A stretch of 64,000 nucleotides of DNA, taken from a virus. Taxonomy: Duplodnaviria; Caudoviricetes. The notes below the pieces were generated by a model that saw only the letters and a program-made list of their open reading frames with translations, searched no databases and was not told the origin of the DNA. The translations under genes and the position numbers were made by a program. This document shows positions 45,582 through 56,300 of this stretch, one piece after another; the stretch's first letter is position 1, and every line of letters begins with the position of its first letter. The stretch is taken from IMG/VR virus record IMGVR_UViG_3300017963_000189; one strand, given 5' to 3'.

Positions 45582-46096
45582 AGTCCTAACTCCTTGAGTT
45601 TCTTTATCGTTGATGAGGCAGACTTGTGTAAAATCCCAATTCCACCACGTGCCTTCCATTGTTTTATATTTTCATCCATATCGTCAATCAATATAGCATC
45701 TTTCTTAGCAAAATCTTGTTTATCTCTCGCCCGTCGAAGTATCAACTCAACATTACCAAGATTACCCTTGACCCACATATGCTTGCCACGTGGGCTCTCA
45801 GGTATTGTCCTTGCAGGAGCGGATAAAATTTTTACATTCTTGTTCTTGATGTAATCCCATAATTTTTTACCGTCCTTCATCCAAGGCATTTCACTCCAAT
45901 ACTTGAGTCCACCTTTACCGATTTCGCTCCAAAAGGCTTCCGTTCCCTCTTTCTTCTCATATTTTCGACCATCTTTTATTCCAGTAAAATTCTCAAGTTG
46001 TTTGTCGAAATCAGTAAGTACGCCATCCATATCACAATAAACGGTATACTTATATTGATAAATATATTCTTTTATTAGTTTCGATAATTTAAGCAT
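45578..46096 (-). CDS. HAD-superfamily phosphatase (5'(3')-deoxyribonucleotidase-like)
   Basis: VYCDMDGVLTDF (DxDxV motif I), ILSAP, K, ILIDD...N...W...GG.GI; MLKLSKLIKE leader. Confidence 0.85.
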   Translation of the reverse strand: MLKLSKLIKEYIYQYKYTVYCDMDGVLTDFDKQLENFTGIKDGRKYEKKEGTEAFWSEIGKGGLKYWSEMPWMKDGKKLWDYIKNKNVKILSAPARTIPESPRGKHMWVKGNLGNVELILRRARDKQDFAKKDAILIDDMDENIKQWKARGGIGILHKSASSTIKKLKELGL

Positions 46097-46622
46097 AGTC
46101 TAACCCTTCCATTACTTGCTCTTTTTTGTAATGTGTATAAACAGTTTTATTATTTTCATTCTTTTTCGCCAATGTATTCTTTCTTCTATTCGTTCCTACC
46201 CTTTTATGTGATATATGAATCCATCGACCAAACTCCCAAATGATCTGATCATAGGGCAAGCCCGAGTCGAGCACAACCCATTCGAAAATTTCCTGAATCG
46301 TGTTGGGCGGTATCTTGATGTCCGCAGCTTGACCAAACCTGTGTTGTGATCGAGTCGATCCACCAACGGCTGTGTTGAGTTTTTTATTCCGGAATCCTGA
46401 ATGAATCTCTACGTATGTTCCGTAATGAGTCCGTATTGGTTCTAAAATGATGCTGCATAACGCCTCAAGGTTTCTCATTTCATCTTCATTTGGTTGATTA
46501 TTTATATTCTTACGAATAGCTGTTTGACTTATCGTAAATTCGCCATATGTAAAATGTGGCGATAACCTATATGAATCCTTATACCCTATTACTTCAATGG
46601 GCTCTATATGTTCATTACTCAT
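46089..46622 (-). CDS. Endolysin, peptidase M15A-like
   Basis: LSPHFT..EF, SGFRN..LN.AVGGS..SQH..GQAADI and WIHIS motifs. Confidence 0.85.
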   Translation of the reverse strand: MSNEHIEPIEVIGYKDSYRLSPHFTYGEFTISQTAIRKNINNQPNEDEMRNLEALCSIILEPIRTHYGTYVEIHSGFRNKKLNTAVGGSTRSQHRFGQAADIKIPPNTIQEIFEWVVLDSGLPYDQIIWEFGRWIHISHKRVGTNRRKNTLAKKNENNKTVYTHYKKEQVMEGLDYA

Positions 46623-47109
46623 TTTCTCTCTCCCTAATATTCAATTTTTGTGACCAAATACTACCACTTTGTATAATTTCAACATAATAATGATCTTCAG
46701 CTTCTAATTTATCTTTATCTTTTTTACACTTTATTGCTTTATCTCTAAATCTTTTATCCGATGATAATATATACTCTATATCAAAACTTGGAGTGGTAAA
46801 TCCATCAGGATAATGATAAACAAAACCCCAATTACCAGGCCCATATATTTCATCACCTTTTTGTTCTAAATAAGGAAGCATTTCAAAATAATATCTATCA
46901 GCATATCCATCTACAACTATTCCATGACCACTTGCTTCAGTTGTAGCTTTTGTTAGATCGGTTTTAGTAAAACAACCTATAATTAAATCTTTATTATTTT
47001 TACCTTTCCAATTAAGAACGATTGAGCCGTTACTACCTGTTGGGCTTCCATAAATCCACTCGTTTATTTTACTTGCTTTTAATTCACATAATGGACAATC
47101 TTTAGCCAT
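46615..47109 (-). CDS. Hypothetical protein
   Basis: ORF track; AGGAG SD. Confidence 0.7.
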   Translation of the reverse strand: MAKDCPLCELKASKINEWIYGSPTGSNGSIVLNWKGKNNKDLIIGCFTKTDLTKATTEASGHGIVVDGYADRYYFEMLPYLEQKGDEIYGPGNWGFVYHYPDGFTTPSFDIEYILSSDKRFRDKAIKCKKDKDKLEAEDHYYVEIIQSGSIWSQKLNIRERENE

Positions 47110-47125
47110 TTTTTACTCCTATCTA

Positions 47126-48052
47126 TTATGGTTCTTCATTCTTTTCTGCATTTTTCGCCCATATTCCATTGGCAAAATATGCATCTATATCCTCAACATC
47201 TAAACATATTGTATTTACTTTCTCATTATGAAATGTTATACTTTGTATTTCCCATTCCGTTTCATCTTCTTTAAATAATTTGTCGCCAACTCTAAGATTT
47301 ATTACCCTTATCCACGACCATTTATTATCTCTTTTTGTAAATATTCTATGTTCAAATGTTACCTTTAACTCATTTAATGACCCAGAATTTATTGTAAAAT
47401 ATCCTTGCCAAATACTTGGCTTAACTTGTCTAACTTCAGAATAATCTATATGCCCATCAAAACTTTCCGTTGACCAAGTATTTAAAAATTCTCTCCCTTC
47501 AGGATGTTTATCAGCTGGAGTTGGTATTCCGGCATTATAAGTTTTTATCCAATCTCCAACTTTTACATCTTCCATATTTATTATTGAACCATCTTGTTTC
47601 TCAACTTTTGTTCCATACAAAAAACATCCACCACCTGCTGGTTGAACTGATACACCCAATGACAAATCAAATGTTGTATAATTACTCATATTACCGGCAT
47701 CAGTAACATAAACCGTATCCGCAAATTGATCATCCCAATTATATACTGCTTGATCACCTTGATTTAGTATTGTACAAGATGATTCTCCAATTTGATTTGT
47801 CCACGAATAATATTGTGTAGCATCAAAAACTCCAGACGCAATCCAACCGCCTTGTAGAGTCCACACTATAGCATATGTTGTATTTTGTAATTCCGTAGGA
47901 GTTGTGTCTCCTGTTATACTTCCTGCAGTCAAACCAAAATTACCTTCATTTAATTCAATTTCGCCGGAAATCCAACCGCCTTCTGTGGCGACACTTATAA
48001 AATCAGCCGCACTTTGTTGTAAATCTGCTAACTCGCTAAGACCGATCGCCAT
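47126..48052 (-). CDS. Tail-associated protein with C-terminal Hint (intein-like) domain
   Basis: C143 in CFLYGT.V, VKVGD, VTFEHRIF (TxxH), LRVGDKL, LDVE...YFANGIWAKN301. Confidence 0.8.
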   Translation of the reverse strand: MAIGLSELADLQQSAADFISVATEGGWISGEIELNEGNFGLTAGSITGDTTPTELQNTTYAIVWTLQGGWIASGVFDATQYYSWTNQIGESSCTILNQGDQAVYNWDDQFADTVYVTDAGNMSNYTTFDLSLGVSVQPAGGGCFLYGTKVEKQDGSIINMEDVKVGDWIKTYNAGIPTPADKHPEGREFLNTWSTESFDGHIDYSEVRQVKPSIWQGYFTINSGSLNELKVTFEHRIFTKRDNKWSWIRVINLRVGDKLFKEDETEWEIQSITFHNEKVNTICLDVEDIDAYFANGIWAKNAEKNEEP

Positions 48053-51000
48053 CTTCCAAGTCCTTTATTCGTTTTTCTAAATCACTTATCTTTTCATTTT
48101 GTTCCTTTATCGCTTCTACTAACAATGGAACAAGTTTTTCATAATGTATACCTTTATATCCATCGCCCATCTTTACAACGGCTTCAGGTATTACCTTTTC
48201 TACATCTTGTGCGATGAGTCCTACATCATGTTTTCCATCTTCATGCGGGATACCTGAATCCTTCTTATCCCAATCAAACTCAACTCCACGAAGTTGTATC
48301 ACTTTTTGTAGTGGATTTAATAGTTGTGATATATTCTTTTTAAGATTTATATCAGATGTCGTTAACGCTGTTATATTTCCACTCGCACCTATATTTCCAC
48401 CTACATAAAGTTTGAATGTTCCTGTCCATCCAGTATTAGCAAGAACTCCAATACCAACATCACCACCGTGATGTATATTCAATCTTGAATCGGCCCTCGT
48501 CACTTCACCTGCAGAACCACTTGAATTCAACGCAAAGTGTAATCTACCACGACCCCACGAATCTATATCTTGAAATAAAATCGCACCTTTATACGTATTT
48601 GCAGTAGTTCCGTTTTGGAAGATAAATCCACTTTGAACATTAGTACTGGTATTAGTATTGTTTAATCGTTGATATGTACCATCAGTTCCGTCAGTAGTTG
48701 CAACATTAAATTGTACCAATGGTTCAGCTTCAAAAGTAGCGACATTTTCAAAAGTAGATGTACCTGCAAAGTTAGCACTACTTGTTACTCCTAATTGAAT
48801 AGTATTAACCATACTACTTGATATTACTCCGCGAACATCTAATTTCGTTTGTGGCACCCAAACTCCAAGTCCTACTCTACCTGCTATATCATCATTCGCT
48901 ACGTTTTTATAACCTGCTGGTGCAGCACCCGCACCTTTTTTATAAGCTGAAAATTCAGGTGGATAAATAATCAATCCACAATGTTTATCTTCTATTGTTG
49001 TAACTGCATGAAAATTAGATCCAGGACTTGTCCACAAATCATTCAATGAACCGGTCCACGGATTACCAAATACTGACGGTCTAAAACGAGTCACAAAAGC
49101 CCAAGCAGAAGAACCTGGATTACCCGCACCACCACTAATATCTTTTACTACTCCATCTGCAAGAATACCACAAGAAAAATAATGATCATTACAACTACCC
49201 CAAATACCAGATTTTATTGAATCTCCACCACCACGACCTTGATACCCTTTTATTGCTGCGTTCACATTTGAACCTGTATAATCACCCCAACCTGCAGCAG
49301 ATTGTGTCGTTACCGGCCATATTTCTCCACTTAAATTATCGTTTTGAGCATATAACGTATATGAATGTTGATCAGGTTCCATTCCGGAAATATTTCCAGT
49401 ATTATTTTCTTTATAATAATTGTACGCTGTCCATCGTCCAACCGGAGATTCTCGTTGTTCTACATGGAATTGAACTTCGTCAAGTTTCATTCTATCACCA
49501 GTAACCACTGTATGTCCTATTATTTCCGTTGTTTCCGCATCAGCATCAACAGTTACAGCAGCAGTTGATGCGGAAATTCTAAGTATTTCAAAATCAGAAA
49601 CTAAATCTGCCGATCTTGAAACAAAAACAATAGAAGCTTCATCAGGATCAAATCTTATAGCCGTATTACGACCACCAGGACTTGTATAACTTCCAATTAA
49701 CGCATCTTCATCAATCGTAAAACCCGCAATTCGTCCTGCACTCGCACTTATTACTCCATTTGCACCTACTTGAAATTCCGATGAAGATATAAATAATGTT
49801 TCCTTCAACGTTCCACCGGTCACAGCTGCGCCACTAATAAAGAAATTAGGACAACATTGATCATCACCAGAATAAAGAGCATCAGGACTTAAATTAAATC
49901 CACCTATTTTACCATATGTAGCATCAACAGAACCTGTAATTTTCAATGTGGTACTATCCCACTCCATATTATTAGTAGAATTACCAACTTTGAAGTCGCC
50001 ATTGTCATACCAATAATTGTTGTTGTTGATAAAAATACCATGATTTGAACTACTAACATTTGATCCAATAAGTAAATTACCAGCATGAACTTTTCCGGTA
50101 AACGATCCCGTTGTAGCAGTAATTTTACCAGTCAAATAAACATTTTCAGTAAAGAGTCCAAATCCAGGTTGTGTATCACCATAAAGAAGTCCAGGAGATA
50201 ATCCACTCAAATCTCCAAGTCTTACTTTCAAATCTAAATCATATACTCCACTACCAGTTCTTTCTACTATATCTATATAAGGTGTATACGGATCGCGTGG
50301 ATTCGCATTCAATCTAATATATCCACTTTGACTTATACCAGTTGAAACAACTACTTGTCCAGGTTCATAACTAAACGCACCACTTCCGCTATCACCAATA
50401 ATTGAGTCGCCACTTGGATCGGCGAGCTGTCCAAAATTCCACGGTTCATCACTCTGCCAACTTCTCGTTACGTAAATGTAACCCCGAAAATCTGTTGAAC
50501 TCGCGGGATCAAGTCGAGACGAACTCGTTACTAAAACATATTCCGTTGTAAAACCGGTGTCGGTTACTTTCTTGACCTTCGCCACTTCACCATTCGTCCA
50601 ACCTGAAGCATTTTCTACAGGCCACTCATTATACGTTTGATCCGCAGGATTTGCGGACATCGTTACACTTCCACTTATCGTTGTCGAATTGGCGACCCAT
50701 AATTGACCACCAACCGCATTGACGGTCTCTTTCTCAAATACGGTCGTCCTCAACGTTCCACGAATACGTACATTCTCAAACTCACCATATCCATTAAACG
50801 CACTCGTTATTCTCCATCCCCGTTCGCCAGATACATAGTCAGCAGTTTGTAACGTTCCATTACTATCTATTATTATGTTACTCGCAGATAAGAAATAATG
50901 TCCTATCTTCCATCCACCTATTGAACCCGTACCAGCAACCAACGTTCCATAAATCGTTGCGTTTGACGCGGTCAAGGCTCCGGCTTCATTTACATAAAAA

Positions 51001-53309
51001 TTTGACGATGATATAATACCACTACCACTTAACATAAATGTTTGGTTGGGCGCCATTAACTTGCCTTCAGGTTGAATCTGCCATCCACCTATCGAACCAC
51101 TCATAAAATGAGCATATCCAACTTGTGTGATAGCAGCTCGATAATAGTTACCAGTGTCCGGATCATAATAAGCATGTGGATCAGGAGAAATACCACCAAG
51201 CGGTACTTTGATTTGATTAGCTTCAATCGATCCACTAAAGAAACCATCAGTAGCATAAATCGAACCGGTTACCTCAAGTCGTCCAGTATCCGTTCTAAAT
51301 CGAATAGCGTGTGGGCGATCAGACCCTGATGGTATTTTTTGACCACCATGTATTTCTAATCCCACTCCATCATAGCCACCAGGATTATCTACCGTTAAAA
51401 CTGATCCACTCCACAACATAAATCCACTTGGACCTGTACCATCAATAGCATGCGACCAACCACGATAACCTACGTTTCTCAAATAAGCAGACCTTACACC
51501 CGCCATTTCAATACCTTCGCCAATAGCATTTCCAATATATACCGATCCCGTAAGAACGTTATCAGTTCCCTCTATATAAATGTTACTTCCTCTAAAACTA
51601 AACTCAGATGAAGTAGCAAAAGTATCAGCTCTTTTACCCTCAAAATCATAAAACTCTGCTTTAAACTCTAACTTGTCGTCTCTTTGCCAGTCAAGTATTG
51701 GTATAGTAAGTATAGCATTATCGGGCGAAAATCCGGTCTCTTGTGATGGTTTTATAGACATTTGAGATATATACCAATCACCAGATGGAATAACAAATCG
51801 TATGTGTCCCGTTCCAGTATTATCAGCTATAAAGGATGCTTCTACTTCACCAAAATTTTTCTCGTCGCCAGATATGTTTTGTAAATCAACCTTCCCTACT
51901 AACTTTCCTAATCCACCAACTAAATCAGTCTCGGAATCATTGAAAGCAGAACCTGACATATAAATTTGAAATTCACCTTCACTTCCGGTAATCGTCTCGC
52001 CAACCATTTCAACTATCTTTGGTTTTCTAACACCAACAAGTCTCGCGGTAAAAGTGTATTCACTTCCTTCATTGAAATTTATATCTTGAACCGGGAATAC
52101 GGTATAAAAGAAATCTTTGGGGCGACCCGTTTGACTTCCACTAATATAAATAGCATCCCTTATCTTAGAACTATCCCTTGATAAACTTGGAAACGCATCA
52201 TTTGAACTAAATCTTGAAGATGTCCAAAATGAATCTATTATTGTTTCATTATATATCAATCCATAATGTATATCATAATTAACAGTATTTTCGTCAATCA
52301 TTAAATCTGGGCTCTCAAGAACAACGTCACCCATTAAATCAAAATCTCGATCACTACCTGCAGACTTCATAAAAAGTTTGAGAGCATAAACATCGCCAGA
52401 GAATGTTTCCATATCCGCAATGTTTACTTTAGCAAAAGATTTATAATTTTCAGTAGCTGAATAAGTTGGTTCTATCTCATATCGTAATGAATAAGGACTG
52501 TTTATAAAATCTTTTGTATTACCTTTTGTTCCTATCGCCAGTGTACGATCTATAAATGATTCAGGTAAATATGAACGTTGTGTATCCGGTGGGCTATATG
52601 GTTCACCTGCAATAGCAGAATTAACATTTACCACTTCCTTTATTGTCGTTTGATATTCATCATTGTCGCCTGCGATAACATATGGAGTTGGTACGGTTAA
52701 CGTTCCACCTTCCATCTGGCGTATAAATGCTCCACCGGAAATGGATAACATATAATCACTTCCTACCATTTGTCCCGCAACAGAACCACTCGTATAATCA
52801 ACCGATTCAGGACTTGAACTTGTAGTATATGACCTAACTAAATAAGGTGTATATAATTCCTGTGCGGATATAATAGGAGGCTTATAAAATTTTATCGGAG
52901 ATACATTTCTTAAGGCAGGATCAACGGTAATCGTCTTTTGCCATCTTACATTTAGATGATTTTCCCATTCAGGAGGAACATTCTTTGCTTCCCCTGCAAT
53001 GGTTAATGTCGCAGCACCATAAAGTTCATCGGAATACACATAAATAGAAACCACCCTGGATGAACCTTCAATATAATCAGGATACTCTGAATATATTACA
53101 TTCCCTTCAGCATTCAATACCTCAACTTTTACTTCACTATTCAGCTTGAGTAAATCAGAGCCATCGATGCGGAAAGCGGTCTTACCACCTGGGAAAACTT
53201 CAGGAATACCTGATACACGAAAATATTGAGAATTTGGGTCGGTATCTTCTATAAAAACATCGATAAGGTGTAACCCAATGTATTGATTACTCTTTCTTTT
53301 GATCGCCAT
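48036..53309 (-). CDS. Large tail fibre protein with C-terminal peptidase S74 chaperone
   Basis: Start at 53309 (MAIKRK, GGAGA SD). Repeated G.IGGW/F fibre motifs; SDINLKKNI...L.GVEFDW...GLIAQDVEKVIPEAV...YEKLVPLLVEAIKE. Confidence 0.85.
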   Translation of the reverse strand: MAIKRKSNQYIGLHLIDVFIEDTDPNSQYFRVSGIPEVFPGGKTAFRIDGSDLLKLNSEVKVEVLNAEGNVIYSEYPDYIEGSSRVVSIYVYSDELYGAATLTIAGEAKNVPPEWENHLNVRWQKTITVDPALRNVSPIKFYKPPIISAQELYTPYLVRSYTTSSSPESVDYTSGSVAGQMVGSDYMLSISGGAFIRQMEGGTLTVPTPYVIAGDNDEYQTTIKEVVNVNSAIAGEPYSPPDTQRSYLPESFIDRTLAIGTKGNTKDFINSPYSLRYEIEPTYSATENYKSFAKVNIADMETFSGDVYALKLFMKSAGSDRDFDLMGDVVLESPDLMIDENTVNYDIHYGLIYNETIIDSFWTSSRFSSNDAFPSLSRDSSKIRDAIYISGSQTGRPKDFFYTVFPVQDINFNEGSEYTFTARLVGVRKPKIVEMVGETITGSEGEFQIYMSGSAFNDSETDLVGGLGKLVGKVDLQNISGDEKNFGEVEASFIADNTGTGHIRFVIPSGDWYISQMSIKPSQETGFSPDNAILTIPILDWQRDDKLEFKAEFYDFEGKRADTFATSSEFSFRGSNIYIEGTDNVLTGSVYIGNAIGEGIEMAGVRSAYLRNVGYRGWSHAIDGTGPSGFMLWSGSVLTVDNPGGYDGVGLEIHGGQKIPSGSDRPHAIRFRTDTGRLEVTGSIYATDGFFSGSIEANQIKVPLGGISPDPHAYYDPDTGNYYRAAITQVGYAHFMSGSIGGWQIQPEGKLMAPNQTFMLSGSGIISSSNFYVNEAGALTASNATIYGTLVAGTGSIGGWKIGHYFLSASNIIIDSNGTLQTADYVSGERGWRITSAFNGYGEFENVRIRGTLRTTVFEKETVNAVGGQLWVANSTTISGSVTMSANPADQTYNEWPVENASGWTNGEVAKVKKVTDTGFTTEYVLVTSSSRLDPASSTDFRGYIYVTRSWQSDEPWNFGQLADPSGDSIIGDSGSGAFSYEPGQVVVSTGISQSGYIRLNANPRDPYTPYIDIVERTGSGVYDLDLKVRLGDLSGLSPGLLYGDTQPGFGLFTENVYLTGKITATTGSFTGKVHAGNLLIGSNVSSSNHGIFINNNNYWYDNGDFKVGNSTNNMEWDSTTLKITGSVDATYGKIGGFNLSPDALYSGDDQCCPNFFISGAAVTGGTLKETLFISSSEFQVGANGVISASAGRIAGFTIDEDALIGSYTSPGGRNTAIRFDPDEASIVFVSRSADLVSDFEILRISASTAAVTVDADAETTEIIGHTVVTGDRMKLDEVQFHVEQRESPVGRWTAYNYYKENNTGNISGMEPDQHSYTLYAQNDNLSGEIWPVTTQSAAGWGDYTGSNVNAAIKGYQGRGGGDSIKSGIWGSCNDHYFSCGILADGVVKDISGGAGNPGSSAWAFVTRFRPSVFGNPWTGSLNDLWTSPGSNFHAVTTIEDKHCGLIIYPPEFSAYKKGAGAAPAGYKNVANDDIAGRVGLGVWVPQTKLDVRGVISSSMVNTIQLGVTSSANFAGTSTFENVATFEAEPLVQFNVATTDGTDGTYQRLNNTNTSTNVQSGFIFQNGTTANTYKGAILFQDIDSWGRGRLHFALNSSGSAGEVTRADSRLNIHHGGDVGIGVLANTGWTGTFKLYVGGNIGASGNITALTTSDINLKKNISQLLNPLQKVIQLRGVEFDWDKKDSGIPHEDGKHDVGLIAQDVEKVIPEAVVKMGDGYKGIHYEKLVPLLVEAIKEQNEKISDLEKRIKDLEDGDRS

Positions 53310-53338
53310 AAAAATCTCCATTACACATAGTTATTCAC

Positions 53339-53349
53339 ATATAAATATA
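53339..53349 (-). promoter_or_regulatory. TATATTTATAT motif upstream of tail fibre
   Basis: Exact 11-mer, 30 nt upstream of the ATG. Confidence 0.65.
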
Positions 53350-53368
53350 TGTAACGAAGATTATTACA

Positions 53369-56300
53369 TTAATTTACGATCTTACTAAAACCATTTTCTT
53401 TTTTGATTTCTAATGCGGAATCAACCATGTCTTTTACATAATCTAAGTGAGAAATGATCAAAACAAAATCAAATTGTGTCTTGAGATAATCAAATAACAT
53501 ATATAAATTATTGGCGTTGTCGGCATCCAAGCTTCCAAAACCTTCATCAATAACTAAAAAGTTTGGACGAGGCAAACTCGATACGCCGATAAGAGCAACC
53601 CGAATCGCTACGTTGACGATAAACCTTTCCATTCCACTTATCAACTCAATGGGCCAGACATCTTCCTCACTATATACTATCTTTCCATATATGTCTTTAT
53701 CGTCTACATCAACTCCGAGTATAATACCAAAATCAACCATTTGAGATAATATGTTGTTTACTTCACTCTCTACAACAGGTAAAATCCTCTCCATCAAATC
53801 AAGTGGAATACCATTCTTTTCTACAGCTTCCATGTAAAACCGGTACGCTGTACTTCTTTGTTCCAAATCTTTTACATAATCTATTTCTTTGTTTATCTTC
53901 TTTATTTGATCTTCATACACTTTTATTTTGGCATGGATGTCCATAATTTCTTGATTTATTTCACTAATACCATTTTCAACAACTACAAGTTTACTTTCCC
54001 AATCATCTATTTTGTCTTGTGTTTCTCGATTCTTCTTTATCGTCTTTTCATTTTTCTCATATGTCTTTATACTTTTTTCTACATCCTTTAATTCTATTTT
54101 CGCCTCTTTTAATGACGATTCTCTACTAAATTTTGACTTTTCTTCGTCACTCAATTCCATCGAGTAGGCATTTATGTTTCCATTGAGTTGGTTGTAATGA
54201 GTATATTTAGTTTCTACATAACTACCCTTTTCTAACATCTTATCAAACTCAGAGATTTTATCCTCAAAGGTTTTCATAATCATTCTATTTTCTTCAATAT
54301 CATCTTCCTCTAACTTTGAGTTGACAAAAACTTTATTGTCACCACAAACATTACATTCATCATTGTATTGTATCTTGGCGAAATCTCCTAACTCTTTTGT
54401 TTTTGATTCTACCTTTATCTTGTATTTGTCAAAATCATGTTTCGCCTCATGTCGATGTTTTTTTATCTCCATGATAAGTTCATACTTCTCTACAATATCA
54501 CTATCTATATCCTTGAGTAATGTTTTGTTCTCTTTTATTTCCTCTTTCAAATTATTTATCTTTTCCTTGATCTCAACTATTTCTTGTTCATATGTTTCTA
54601 TATCCGTTCCAAGATTTATTCGTTTTCGTCGTAAACCCTCTATATCGGATATACTATCAAATCGAACAAGTTTACTCGTAAGTTTCTTTATTTCATTATT
54701 AATTTGTTTGTATAACTTGTCATATTCTTTTTTACGAGCAGTTCTTTCTTTATATTCTTTATTATGTTTCTTCAATGATAATTCTGCACCAGACAACTCT
54801 TTACTAAACTCTCGTCTCTCAAAATCTTTCAAAACCGCATTTGTTTCTCTAACCGCTTCAAAGGCTAAATCATATAGTTGACCAAATACATTGAAATCTA
54901 AGAAGTTAGCCAGATGTTCCTTACGATCAGATTGTTTCATTGTTGTAAAGTTTTTGTGATTACTAATAAATTGTGGGATAAGAGCAGTTGTTTGAAAATC
55001 GTCATAATCTCCTAAATAACTTCTTATACTGGCGTTCGTTGAACTTCGTCTATCTCCATTCAATGATTTTCTCTCTCCATTTAACATTCGTACAGAAAAG
55101 TCAGTCTTTACATTTACCATTCCCCTTTTATTTGTAGTCGCCTTTCGTTTGATACGATATATCTTGTCGTCAATGTCAAACTCAAACTTCGAATCAAAAT
55201 TATCCCTCTTACTATTGAGTGCGTTCTTGGCCTTCCATGCACGCGCAGACTTGTCGAAAATAGTGAATGATAACGATTCTATAAAATTACTCTTTCCACT
55301 CGCATTCGGAGCAAATAAGCCGACAACACCTTTGAGATTTGTGAAATCTACTTTGTTGCCGTCTCCATATGAAAATAAGTTGGAAAATGTAAATGTCTGC
55401 GGTTTCCAAACTACATTCCGTGCAATGTCACGCGGTGGTAACTTTCCATTTAACTCGGTGTTGATTTCAAATATCTTTGTTATTGTCGATTCATCAAGAA
55501 AATGTTTCTTTTCTAAAAATTCTCGTATCAACTCATTTTGAAAATTTATATCCCTAACATCCCCAATATCTATTTTCTTCAATACCGATGATCCATTCTT
55601 ATTCAATAAATCATGAATCTTTACTTCAGATACTTCATGTATATGTGGATATTGTTTTCGAATCACCGTCATTATTTCCGTGATCCGTGATGGAAGTGTA
55701 TCTTTTATTTTTAATCGGAGGCGAGCTTTCTCAGGTAATCCTTGTATATCTGGTATCACACCTTTATCAATGAATAATGTTCTATATCCATAATCATTGT
55801 GTACCTTGATGAACTCCGCTTTCCTCTTTGACACATCCCATTTCAATATACCCTTGTTATCATCTTCGCCATGATTTTGTTGTATCAACGAGCCAGGGAA
55901 CGCCATTGTCTTTTGTTTATTCATATATTGATGTTTATGAATGTCACCTAATAATACAATGTCATATCCCTTGAATATGTCTTGTTTTACCTTGTCATTG
56001 TGTAACTTGAAGCCAGTGTCGGCGACCGCCTGGTGTATCGTGCCGTGATATAAAGCTATTTTCGTGCTGTCGCCCTCTACCTGATCCGCCGATATGAAGT
56101 TCTCCACTTTGTCAAATACGGACATTACAACAAATTTTGTGTTCGCTATGTCGTAGACGCCAGAATGTTTGAGATAAAATAGATTGTGACTGTCAAGATT
56201 TTTTACTATCGATGTCAATGTGTCCATTCTACTCATATTATTCAAATTACAATCATGATTACCTGCTATCACGATTGTAGGTATAATATTTGTCAATCTC

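Noticed and set aside
1374-46096. MIKLKK leaders as a by-product of A-rich translation-initiation regions
   Set aside because: The same motifs occur internally and at a C-terminus and nearly always end in an xxE site; replication and tail genes with equally A-rich starts lack them.
47150-47626. Hint domain as a classical mobile intein
   Set aside because: Not inserted in a conserved enzyme motif, no endonuclease, +1 residue is Ala and the C-extein is only 7 aa; kept as a BIL-like domain.
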